In this document: piece by piece, positions 27,107 through 38,503 of the stretch
How the letters are laid out: every line of letters starts with the position of its first letter
Numbering within the stretch: the first letter of the stretch is position 1
Assembly: GCF_009914755.1 (NCBI RefSeq)
Contig: NC_060930.1
Length of the DNA: 64,000 nucleotides
Strand: one strand, 5' to 3'
Source: the human T2T-CHM13v2.0 reference genome, Homo sapiens
Notes under the pieces: generated by a model
Told to the model about the DNA's origin: nothing
Databases searched by the model: none
What the model saw: only the letters and a program-made list of their open reading frames with translations
Position numbers and translations under genes: made by a program

Positions 27107-27158
27107 TAATATTCAGATGTAATCTCATGTAAACAGCATATACTTGGGACTTTGTTTT

Positions 27159-27947
27159 AGGTTTAAAGATACTTTATTACTGAACCAATATGTACAAACT
27201 CTAACATGAAAATAAGCTACAGAATATCAGACTACTTACAATACTTTTTTGTATTTTATAAAACATTTTTTGCAAGATTAATTCTCTCTAACATGACAGG
27301 CATTCACAAAAATCAAACTTTTTATTAAATGCATAAATAAATATTGACTTCAGTTGACCACTGTAAGGGACATGAATTCTACAGACCATTTGGATGAGGA
27401 GGTAGCAGTTCTGTTTTCTGTATGCTACAATATAATTACATTACCAGAAAAAAGACAAACGAACTTTATATATACCTTTGTTAAACATTCTGCATATTAC
27501 GTAACTTGCCAAAATATTCAGTAGAGGCAAGACAGCCATGAGAGTCCATTTGGCACCTGACACTGAGTCTGGGCATGCAAAAACCATAGATGAGTTGACA
27601 TCTTTATGGACTCATTTATATTTTATAATGAACTTTAAAGTACATGGAATAGATATTTAGCCATTGTGTTCTGGTTATAATGTGAATGTTTGTATAGTAA
27701 GATTTAGAGTTATTTGCCCTCATGGAAATGACTGAATTTGAGGAATTCATGGTTAAAGAAAATTTTTGATATTAAATAAGTTAATATCAAAAATGACATT
27801 TAGGGATACATAGGGCAAAAATTAGTATTTATGCTTATATGATACAGACACAAGTAAAAAATTAATCACACTTTTAATCAGGTTTTTAGTGGACATAAAA
27901 GACACAGTTTAGGCCTTTGTAGTCAAATATAACTTCTAGGCTGTCTG
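27159..27947 (-). pseudogene. Putative retrocopy of an unidentified mRNA 3' UTR inserted in the L1ME
   Basis: Non-L1 block between colinear L1 halves. On the minus strand AATAAA (27173-27178) lies ~15 nt before a degenerate A tail; a second AATAAA is at 27321-27326. TSD-like TTGGGACTTTGTTTT/TTGGATGTTTATT. Confidence 0.6.
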
Positions 27948-28315
27948 TTGGATGTTTATTAATCCAGTCTGAAATTATTTTTCTTTTAATTGAAGTCTTT
28001 GGCTGGTTTATATTTAATATGCTTTGGCCTATACCTATCATTTTCTTGTTTGATTGTTATCTTTTATTTTATTTTATTTCTATCTGTTTTTTGTTCTTTT
28101 ATTCTTCTCATCTTTTTTGGATTAATCATGCATTTTAAATATCCTATTTTTCTGTAGTAATTTTGAAATTTATTTTAAACATTTATTTATACATTTTATT
28201 TTAAACATATTTACATGCTAATTTACTCTTTGTTTTGCCTTCCGTTTTTTTTTTTTTCTGATATTTTGTGGTTACCGCTAGGAAAGCTTTTCCCTCTACT
28301 TAAAATCTCCATTTA

Positions 28316-28444
28316 GTAACTATTGGATACTAGGCTTAGTACCTCGGTGATGAAATAATCTGTACAACAACCCCCGGTGACACAAGTTTACTTATATACC
28401 AAACCTGCACATGTACCGCTGAACCTAAAATAAAAGTTTGGGAA
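28316..28444 (+). mobile_element. Short 5'-truncated L1 3' end (L1PA15/16-like)
   Basis: GGTGATGAAATAATCTGTACAACAACCCCC...AACCTGCACATGTACC...AACCTAAAATAAAAGTT. TSD AAAATCTCCATTTA (28302-28315) / AAAATTTCCATTTA (28445-28458). Confidence 0.88.
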
Positions 28445-28884
28445 AAAATTTCCATTTACTATTCCTACTAAGGTAGCTTTTGTTTGTCAAAAAATCTCCT
28501 ATTTTGCCTTTATTTCTAAGGGATATATTCAGAATCAGCATAGAATGCTACATTAGCAGGTTTTTTCTTTTCATACTTTAATGATGTCATTTCACTGCCT
28601 TCTGGTTTGACCATGTCTGCTGAGAAGTCAGCTGTCTTTGTGTACTCTTGCTCCTTTAGATGTAATATGACTTATTTTCCCTCTGATTGTCTTTTTTGCT
28701 AGCATTTTAATTATGCTATACCTGTGTGTGTGTGTTCTTTATACTTTTCTTTCATGGGGTTTGCAGAGCTTTTTGTAAGTGTGGATTAAAGTCTTTTCCA
28801 GTTTTGAAAAATTTTCACCAGTTCTCTTTTCAAATATTCCTTCTGCCTTGTTTGTTATCTTTATTGTACTTCTCTCTTTCTGTG

Positions 28885-29125
28885 TTATATATATATAGAT
28901 ATATATATATAACTATATATACTTATATAGTTATATATAAGTATATGTAGTTATACATAGGTATAACATACATAGTTATACATGTGTGTAACATATACAT
29001 AGTTATACATATACTTATATATAAGTTATATAAAAGTATATGTAGTTATACATTAAATATATAATATATAGTTATATATGTCTATATATAGAGAGACTTT
29101 AATATATATAGAGAATTTAATATAC
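28885..29125. repeat. (TA)n-derived low-complexity minisatellite with TAGTTATACAT-type units
   Basis: Repeated ATATACATAGTTATACAT and AGTATATGTAGTTATACAT units in both orientations. Confidence 0.85.
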
Positions 29126-31239
29126 ACTTGCCCTTTTGACTATGTCTCATTTATCCATTTTATTCTTTTGTTTTATTTTGTCTTTTTTTCTCTTTACATA
29201 TATATGTAAATATTTTATGTGTAAATATATATGTATATATTTTCTATTAACCTGCCTCTGTGTTTGCTAATCCTCTCTTCTCCCATGTCCAGTATGCTAT
29301 TAATTTCCCATAATGAGCTAACTTTGGATATATATTTCAGTTCTAGAATATACACTTGATTTGTTATATAGAGTCCAATTCTTTATTGAAATCCTCCACC
29401 TTTTTATTCATCTTGCTCAGCTTTACTATGTTTTCTAAAAAATATATTTACAGTTGTTTAAAAATCCCTATATACTAAGCCCAAATGGATCATTTGTAGG
29501 TCTGCTTCGCTCTCTATTTTTTTTTGTAGTTGCATTTCCCCATTGCTTCATGTTTCTATCATTTTTTTATTTGCATACCCAGCATAGTATAAAAGATGAT
29601 TTCTTATAGCAGTAAAGTGCTCCCCAAATTCTTTTTCGTTTTTCCTTTCCTTCAGTCAGGCAGACAGATGGAAGGATGAGAACCTCAATTAAATTAGAAA
29701 ATGAGTTGAGTCAGGGCTAAGTTTCAGTTTTAGAAAGACTCAATCCATCTGTTCAATGTGCAAAGGCTGAGACCACTGAGAACATGTCAGATTTCTGTCT
29801 CTGGTGCTCTAAAAAATACAGAAAATGTGGTTCTGCCCTTCAAAGCAAAATTCCAATTTATGCAGTCCACATTGTTTCTAAAGCTCTCTAATTTTTTAAA
29901 ATATGATTTTGTAATTTTCCAGATTTTATCTAGCTGTAACAGCAAGAGCATTGAGCTGTGATGGCCTAATAATTCTACCCAGAAGTAGAAGCACCTCTCC
30001 TCCCTTTTTGGGATTCATATTAGCATCAAATTATCCAGCAGGGCTCCGCTAATTTTCTGCATTGCATGAAGTTACTATCTTTATTTTTTTCTTCATCATA
30101 TTCTATGAATTTTTTAAATTTTTGCAATCACCATCACGCATTATAATTCTGATTCTATGCTTCTGTGTTTCAAAAAATACTCTCAGGAACCAGACCTACT
30201 GTACAGTATGCATTCTTAAGCAGATTAGCATATACATGTAGCATAGGGGTAACAAATGCTTCCCGTACAGGCAATCTCAAAATAATATGCTAATCACTTT
30301 TATATGTAACTTTGGTTGTCTTTCTTTTTATTAAAAATTGTCCTCTCTATTTGAGATGTTTGTCACTCATTACACTCATTCATCAATCATTACAGAAATA
30401 ATATTAAGGATTTTCTAAAAGATAGAAACAGGGTTGATAATGAACAAATCAATTATTCAAGTTCCGGTGTTGTTTTAATCTGATTGGCAGAAATGTAACA
30501 TATTAAGCCTGATGTAAAGTGGTACTAAATTCATTGCAGAGCCCATGGCTTTGGATGTGAATGTATCCAATCACGTCCAAGTGCAAATTGCCAACAGAAT
30601 CAATTATTTCATAAATCTAAACTACACCTACATTGCAGAACTAGAATGTGATATGGGTAACTGCAAATTCTTCTAAAGTTTGACAAAAGATTTACACCCT
30701 CTGCTAGCTGCTATGCTAGGGAATACAGATGTGACTACTAAGGACAAGGTAAATTGAGGGAGGCAGGAATTCCATGTTCTGGATAACAATGGCCTCATTG
30801 CAGTCAGATAGAAAAAAAAAGAATAAACACACACGTGCATGACACACACATAGCTTTTCCTGGGGGTGATACTTTCATCTTATTATTCTCCCTTAATGCC
30901 CTCCTTTTCTTCCCTTAACCATTCCTAGATTGTAGTCTACTACATTGAGACATTATGTTTCATCTACACAATTATATTGCTTTCCAGATACTAAAATTCT
31001 GATTCAGTGTCAAGTTACATTATCATACTGCTGCAAATTCTTTGATTGAAAGAAGAAGCTGTAGCAATTACTTCACTTTATAAGTAGAGGAGTCTTTGCT
31101 TATGGCGCATGACTTGAGAGGCACCAGTCCTGCATGCTGGGGAGTAGTTCTCTCCAACATGCCTCTAGAAAGACCCATTCCTTTGGCTTAATTCATGCTC
31201 TTTAGGAGAACCAGGGTAAGGTCATAGTGATTCTCATAT

Positions 31240-31460
31240 TCCCCAAGGGTTGCCTGTGTACTGGGCCCGGTACTGAGCATTTTGCATGTATTAACTCACT
31301 AAATCCTCAAAATTATTCTGATAGGTAGAGCCTACTATCATTTACATTTTATGGAAAAGAAAAACAGAGGTAGCAAAACTTGTGCAAAGCAAGACCCCCA
31401 GTCAATGGCAGGGTAGAATTTTGAAGCCAGGGAGTATGGTGCTGCAGCCTGAACCCTTAC
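31240..31460 (-). mobile_element. MIR SINE
   Basis: TACTGAGCATTTTGCATGTATTAACTCACTAAATCCTCA...TAGGTAG...CATTTTATGG. Confidence 0.7.
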
Positions 31461-31749
31461 CCATGGCCTCACGCCAACTTTTGAATAAGTTGAAGTTACT
31501 TAGTCAAGGAAGGAGAAGTCAAGCTATTCAGTGCTTGCCCCTTAAGAGGGGCTGTTAGTTAAGAGGCAAATCAGTGGTAAGAACGGAGGGGTGGAGTCAT
31601 GCTGTTCAGAAAGACAAGGACATTGAAACACCTTAGGGTGAGACTGAGTGCAATGGCAGGTGGCAAAGCAACCTTGTAGTCTATTCTCTGGTAGCCATGA
31701 ATAAGAGAATGTAATCTGAACATCAGCGTGGAAGAAGTGGTAGTCAAAT

Positions 31750-31905
31750 ATACTGTGCATAAGAGTCACCTTCAGTGCTTGTTAAAATGCAGATTCCTGG
31801 CAGTACGCTCAGTTTCTTATTCACCTTGAGCATCTGAAGGATGCTGTGGACTGTTCATTTTTAACAAGCATAGCAGAGGATGCAATTAACTTTCCGACAT
31901 ACTTC
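31750..31905. mobile_element. MER5-type hAT MITE remnant
   Basis: GCTTGTTAAAATGCAGATTCCTGG paired with CATTTTTAACAAGC, the internal palindrome typical of MER5A. Confidence 0.65.
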
Positions 31906-31926
31906 AGGAAGAATGCCGTAATAATA

Positions 31927-33140
31927 TAGTCATGTGTCACTTTAACAATGGGGATACATTTTGAGAAATGCGTCGTTAGGTGATTTCTTCATTGTGTGAA
32001 CATTGTACAGTGTACTTACACAAACATAGAGGGTATAGCCAACTATACCCCTAGGCTATATGGTATAGCCTATTGCTTCTAGGCTATGAACCTGTAAAAC
32101 ATGTTAATGTACTGAATACTATAGCCAACTGTAACACAATGCTAAATGTTTATGTATCTAAACTTATAAAAGGTACAGTACAAATATGGTATAAAAGATT
32201 TAAAAAATGGTAGACCTGCATAGGGCATTTGCCATGAATGAAGTTTACGGGACTGGTAGTTGCCCTGGGTGAGTGAATGAGTGAGTGGAGAGTGAATACA
32301 AAGGCCTAGGACATTACTGTACATGGCTATAGGCCTTATAAACACTGTACACTTAGGCTACATTACATTTATAAAAAATTTTTCTTCAATAATATACTAG
32401 TTTTAGCTTACTCTAACTTTTTTACTTTATAACCTTTTTTTAAAAAATGTTTTGACTCTTGTAATAACACTGAGCTTAAAACAAACACATCATACAGCCG
32501 TTGTGCAAAAAATATTTCCTTTTTTATATTCTTATCCTCTCAGCTATTTTGTTTTTAAAATTTTTTATTGTTTTTTTTTTTTACTTTTAAAAGTTTAAAT
32601 TTTTGTTAAAAACCAACACAAACACACACATTAGCTGAGGCCTACATCAGAATCATCAATATCACTGTCTTCCACCTCTATGTCTTGTCCGACCAGAAGG
32701 TCTTCAGGGGCAGTAATATGCACGGAGCTGTCGTCTGCTATGATAACAATGCCTTCTTCTGGAATCTCTCTTGAAGGACCTGCCAGAGGCTATTTTATAG
32801 TTAACTTTTTGAATAAGTAAAAAAGTATATGCTAATGGAACAATAAAAAGTATTTATAGTAAAAACATAAACTAATTATATAGTCATTTATTGTTATTAC
32901 CATGTATTATTTAATGCACAAAATTGTATGTGCTGTATTTTATATGACTGGCAGTGCAGTAGGTTTGTTTATGCCATCATCATCACAAACACCTGAGTAA
33001 TGTGTTGTGCTCTGTAAGCTGATGTTATGACAGCTACAATGTCACTAGGCAATAGGATTTTTTCAGCTCCATTATAATCTTTTGGGACCACAGTTGTATA
33101 TGCCATCTGTTGACTGAAATGTTTGTGCAGTGCATGACTA
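31927..33140. mobile_element. Tigger3b (Golem-derived) non-autonomous DNA transposon, about full length
   Basis: TIRs TAGTCATG...CATGACTA with TA TSD. Internal TTTTGAGAAATGCGTCGTTAGGTGATTT. Length ~1.2 kb. Confidence 0.9.
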
Positions 33141-33414
33141 TATAATATAACCATGCATTTTTATATTTTCAAAGTTTTTCATAACTTTAGCCTGGTATGC
33201 AACTTTAAATGATAAATTAAAGACCTAAGGAAAGGGTTAAATATTGTGTCTACGTTCTCACTAATAACCAGTTTTTCTACCCTAGTTCCATGTATACTAA
33301 AGTCTATTCCTTTTTTTTAAAAAAAAAAGTGAAAAAGAGTTGCCCAGCCTAATCACATATGCAGTATTCCAAATATTTTTCTGCATACTTATTTCAGTGG
33401 AATAATGGGAAACA

Positions 33415-33800
33415 ATACACAATTCACAATTGCAAAGAGGATGGAATCAACCTAAGTGCCTGCCAACCAATGACTGGATAAAGAAAATGTAGTGTATATA
33501 TATATATACACACAACATGGGATAGTACTCAGCCATGAAAAATAATGAAATAATGTCTTTTGCAGCAACTTGGTGGTAACTGGAGGCTATTATCCAAAGT
33601 TAAGTTATTCAGGAAAGGGAAACCAAATACCACATGTTCTCACCTATATGTGGGAGCTAAGCTATGGTATGCAGGGGCATACTGAGCGGTATAATGGACA
33701 TTGGAGTCTCAGAAGTGGGGAGGATGGAAAGAGGGGTGAGGGATGAAAAATTACCTATCAAATACAACGTGCACTATTTGGGTGATGGGTATAGTAAAAG
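33415..33800 (+). mobile_element. L1 3' end fragment (L1PB4/L1MA1-like), truncated before the tail
   Basis: CAATTCACAATTGCAAAG...AAACCAAATACCACATGTTCTCAC...GAGGGATGAAAAATTACCTAT...GGGTGATGGGTA. Confidence 0.85.
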
Positions 33801-34082
33801 TTTTTGTTTCTAGGCATGTGTTCCTGTTTGGGGTGGAGGTGAGTTTGGCATGGTGATCAGAGACACCTAAATGTGTTTTGCAACAAGTAGGTACAATAAA
33901 ATGGTAACTGGCAAACAACAGAGACCCCAGGCTGGAATGACAGAAAGTCTGCTGCAACCTCTCAGTAGGCATGTGTAGCAGGTAACCCCAATGTGAGCAT
34001 ACAGAGACGTCATCTGAGGAAAAAGCTAATCAATTCAGTTTGGATGCCTGATAAGAAAATATGTACATACAGATTAAAAATT

Positions 34083-34385
34083 GGCTGGGCATGGTGGCTT
34101 ATGCCTGTAATCTTAGCACTCTGGGAGGCTGAAGTGGGTGGCTTACCTCAGGAATTTGAGGCAAGCCTGGGCAACATGGCAAAACCCCATCTCTACAAAA
34201 TATACAAAAATTAGCCGAGTGTGGGTGTGTGCACCTGTAGTCCCAGCTACTCGGGAGGTGAAGGTGGGAGGATGGCTTGAGCCAGGGAGGTGGAGGCTGT
34301 AGTGAGCCATGATCCATGATCATGCCACTGCACTCTAGCCTGGGTGACAGAGCAGGACCCTATCTTAAAAAAATAAAAATAAAAA
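34083..34385 (+). mobile_element. AluJ
   Basis: CCTGGGCAACATGGCAAAACCCC and GGGAGGATGGCTTGAGCC...GAGGCTGTAGTGAGCCATGATC (J diagnostics); A tail. Confidence 0.93.
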
Positions 34386-35061
34386 TTTACAGTGTTCCTT
34401 GAAGAGTCATTTTGGGGCTAATTTTTGGAAAGCATTAATGTCAGATAATGTGTTCCTTCCCTGTGAACTGAGTGGGTCATTGTTAGAGAAAGGAAATTAG
34501 AATGTTCTGTCTTAAACTGGATTGATTATTGGGTCTCATAAGTTACATATTTTACAGATATCCTTTTGTATGCAACAAGGAGAATGTAATAAAAAGTTTA
34601 AAAACTAATTAGCACTAAAATTCCACTATAATAAACTTTTAGAAAAAACTAGTTTTAGAGGCAAACTCCTCCTTTGTTATGATGATAGTAGGCATTTTTA
34701 TTGAATTAGACATAGCTTTTCAAGCTGAAAGCATACTCTTGGCAGTTCATGAAAATAACTTTCCTTTAAAACAAGTTATACTGCTTGCATTTGAGAATCC
34801 TTATATGCCAGGATGGTGACTATGGGAGCTGAATCCTTGAAAGTTGAAATCAGATGTGGAACATGGAGCGCAGGCATGGGGAGTATAAGATTGGGTAGCG
34901 TGAAACTCATACTCTGTTCACATTCATGGGCATCCCTGACAGAATAGCAATCCCTGGTTTCTTACAAATGGGAAGTTTTTCACCATTTCTCTTGGGAAGC
35001 CAGTTGCCTGACAGATGGAACACATTTTCTCACAGAAACAATTCTTTAAATAGTAAATAGT

Positions 35062-35422
35062 TGCTATGGTTTGAATGTGTTCCCAAAAAGCATGTGTTGG
35101 AAATGTAAACCCCAATGCCACAATTTTGGGAAGTGGTGCCTAACAGAAGGTGTTTAGGTCACAAGGGCTCCACCTTTGTGAATGGATTTATGCCCATTCA
35201 CAGAACGGCTTGAGGCTGCCAGTTCAAGCTCTTGCTCTCTGTCTTGCCTTCTCTTGCCTTTCTGCCTTCCACCACTGGATGATGTGGCAAGAAGACCCTT
35301 GCAATATGCTGGCCCCTTGATCATGGACTCCCCAGCCTCCAAAACCATGATTCAATAAATTCATGTCCATTATAAATTAATCAGTCTCAGGTTCTATGTC
35401 ATAGTAGCACAAATGGACCAAG
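35062..35422 (+). mobile_element. MSTC/MSTD-type MaLR LTR
   Basis: TGCTATGGTTTGAATGTGTTCCC...CATGTGTTGGAAA...GGACTCCCCAGCCTCC...TATAAATTA...GCACAAATGGAC. Confidence 0.85.
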
Positions 35423-35834
35423 TTTGGGCAAATTTCAAAAACCATTTAACCAATGTGATACCAAACAAGAACAATAATGAAAATTGCTGGTTTCTTAACA
35501 TTTTGAGGGGCAGAGATCCATTAGAAAATATGATGAAAGCTATGGGCTATTGCTACACACATATACACGCACACACACACACTCCTCAAAACATCTGGTT
35601 AATAACAAACAAACATAGGTGTAACCTGTGACAAAATAAAGAAGAACTTGTTCCTTTTCAGGAAGCACTAATGGATACTGCTGGCAGTATCTTCTCATTA
35701 ATATCAGCAGAATTTTCATTGGGCTTTGGAGTATATCAACTGCAGGTATTCATTTACCTTTGGAATATCAGGAAATATTATTTCAACTTTGAATGTTGTA
35801 CCCATCATCATTATTATCATTAAAATAAAAAATA

Positions 35835-36065
35835 ATTGAGGTGGCTAACATTTAATGAGGTCTTACTCTGTGCCTAGGATTGTATTACTATCTACTATGT
35901 GCTATCTCATTTACTCCTCATACCAGCCCTGTGATGCAGTAATATTGTTACAACTTAACAGACAATAAATTGGGGCCTTAACAGAAATCAAATAACTTCC
36001 CAAAGGTAACACAACTATTGAGTGGCAGAACTGTGTTCAAAACTCAGCTGCTTGATTCCTGAGAA
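35835..36065 (-). mobile_element. MIR SINE
   Basis: GCTAACATTTAATGAG...CTTACTCTGTGCC...TCTCATTTACTCCTCATACCAGCCCTGTGA...AAATAACTTCCCAAAGGTAACACA. Confidence 0.8.
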
Positions 36066-36719
36066 TTTTTATAAAGTCAAATAATTAGTTGGGAATTCTT
36101 TTTTCAAATAAGCTACTTAGAAAGCAATCAACGTACATACATGCTATTTTTTCTGTATGTTGGCTAGTTTGAAACTACAAATAATATTTGCAGTGCTCGA
36201 CATTGTTTCAAGTGATTGTCATTGCTTCAATTCCTTCATTATCCATATGAAGCTAATAAATCTCTTAATCAGGGAGGCTACCTGAAACGATTCTTATTCA
36301 TTCATACATTTGTTTTGAGCTCTTATTAATTCAAACTGCTTCGCAGTACTAAGGTGTATATGTTATTAGCATTTTACAAATAAAGAAATCAAATATCAGA
36401 GAGATGTCATATCTTCTGCCAGTAAATGTTGAGATGCCAGCCCCATAAATACAAATATTGATCAAAAATTGTGCACTTAACTCTTACATTACAAAAGAAG
36501 TATTTCTCCAATGGAATCCTCTCCAAATTTTCTTTTTCTTTGACTTTTTTTTTCTGTCATTGACTGACCTTTTCAAGAATCCCACACTAATCCATATCCA
36601 TCTGGTCACTTCCCTGAATCAGGACTGATAATGGATGTATTATGTTTACAATACATCAAGCATTTATCAATCTCTAGCTACTACCATATTGAACATTTAT
36701 TTTAAGCACTTATTCAGAT

Positions 36720-37435
36720 ATTTTTAGATTAAACTTTTTATTTGGAGCTAATTAGAGTTGTAATTTCCATTGCAAAATATAATTCAGAGAGATTCAATGG
36801 AACTTTTACTCAGTTTTCTCTGATGGCAACAGCATGCAAAAATATAGTACAATCTTACAAAGAGGGATTGACACTTATGTAGTCAGCATACAGAACATTT
36901 CTATCACCACAATGATCCTGATGCTGCCCTTTTGTAACCACACCTAAATCTCCCCCTCGTGGTCCTGAGCTCTGGCAAAACTAATCTGTTTTCTAGTGCT
37001 ATATTTTTGGTCATTTCAATGTTACATACATGCAATTGTACAGCATATAATCTTGGGTGATTGACATCTCCCTCAGCATAATTCCCTTTAGCTGTGTCTA
37101 AGTTGTTGTATGTATCAATGGTTTGTTTCTTTTTATTGTTGAGTAGTTTCCATGGTATGGATGCACCACAGTTTATTTTACCATTCGTCCACTCTACAGC
37201 ATTGCTGGCTGTTTTACCTGGTGATTCTGTGTTCAAAAAAAGCACTTTCAATAAAAAAAATTAAATGTAGTTCCCAAATCACATTTTAATAAAAATTGCC
37301 TGAATTTCTTTGATTCTATTGTATGATTCCAGTGTTCATGAAATAAATCTACCATGAGCATTCATGTACAGGATTTTGGATGAACATACGTTTTCATTTC
37401 TCTGGGATAAATGCCCAAGAAGGCAATTCCTGGCA
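36720..37435 (-). mobile_element. Old L1M 3' end (L1MB/L1MC-type)
   Basis: AAACTTTTTATTTGGAG...TCTGGCAAAACTAATCTGTTTTC...TTTATTGTTGAGTAGTTTCCATGGTATGGATG...TTTCATTTCTCTGGGATAAATGCCCAAG. Confidence 0.8.
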
Positions 37436-38035
37436 GAATTTGATTTGAGACCACAGTTGTCCTAAGCAGTAATTAGTCTCTAGCTACTACCATATTGAAC
37501 TCAGTGCTGCACATTGTTTTGCAATGCCAGAATTTGGGATGCCATTTTATATACGTTTTGGAGAGTTTCCTTTTGATGTCTACAGTAGTTTCTCTGTTTG
37601 CACTGAGGGAGGAATTAGATGACACAGGCTAAAATTTGCTTCTAATGTACCTCATGCAAAAAGTAAATCATTAGAGTTTTTGAAATTCTTTTCCTTGATT
37701 GTAGCCACTTACTACACATAGATGGCATGGTGCTCACCTGGGAGTGTGAAATAGGAGGTAGAAGGAGGCAAGAGGACGATGACAAAAGAAAAAGGATGCA
37801 TTTTATATTGGCCTATGTCTTAGAGGTGATCCTGAATTGAAACTTAAAACAGGCTATGGTAATCTTTGGCCTGGCTCTCCTCCCTTACTGGGTATTCCTA
37901 TCGCCAGGCTCCCAGGCCAGAGCCCTCTTGCTGCTCTGAACTGTCTAGACACTCACATCTTCCACTAGGTCTTTAGTGCCTTAAACAAAAACCCAGAATT
38001 ATCAACCTCCACTTGCTCAGCAACACAGCTGATTT

Positions 38036-38192
38036 TTGCTCCATGTCAGGCTGTAAGCATCAGTCCTGGGCACTGGGTAACTATTTAGGCTATGGTAAGA
38101 GGTAGCACACTTCAAAATCTAGCTCTGCCATTCCTAGGCTGCATGAGCTTGGAAAAGTAATTTAAGTCTTTAAGCCTCAGTTTTGAACTAGG
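38036..38192 (+). repeat. 157-bp segment, donor copy of a local non-tandem duplication
   Basis: 151/157 identical to 38785-38941 and continuous with the surrounding MIR. Confidence 0.95.
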
Positions 38193-38312
38193 CAAAAGGG
38201 CAATAATAGACCTACCTCATAAAGTTCTTGTGAAGAGCACATAAAATACTACATATAAATGAGAGTAGTTAGTGATGACAAATATAAACAGCCTAATAAC
38301 GATATTATTATT
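38095..38312 (+). mobile_element. MIR SINE
   Basis: TTCAAAATCTAGCTCTGCCATT...CTTGGAAAAGTAATTTAA...GCCTCAGTTT...AATAATAGACCTACCTCATAAAGTTCTTGTGAAG. Confidence 0.75.
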
Positions 38313-38503
38313 CAAATAAATTCTTGATGACTTTTGAGAAACTTGTAGTTCTGGGGAAAGATATTTGTTTCCAAACTATTGTTCATTCATTTATTCATCC
38401 ATTTGTTCAGTACCTATCTGGCAGCCATGTACTGAGGATACAAATCCGGGCAACATCTAACTCCTACTCATAGGATTAGGAGTTTATTCTGTGTAGAAGA
38501 TGC

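Noticed and set aside
27535-27620. Possible SECIS-like hairpin in the putative retrocopy
   Set aside because: A short stem (GAGTCCAT/ATGGACTC) exists, but I cannot place the AUGA/GA quartet and apical AA at the right spacing.
28885-29125. Array-like repeated units suggestive of CRISPR
   Set aside because: Eukaryotic TA-derived low-complexity sequence with no unique spacers and no cas genes.
33814-33838. Plus-strand 25-nt microexon-like pair TTTTTGTTTCTAG|...GAG|GTGAGT
   Set aside because: The acceptor abuts the broken end of an L1 fragment and lies on the opposite strand to the other candidates. It shows that such pairs occur by chance.
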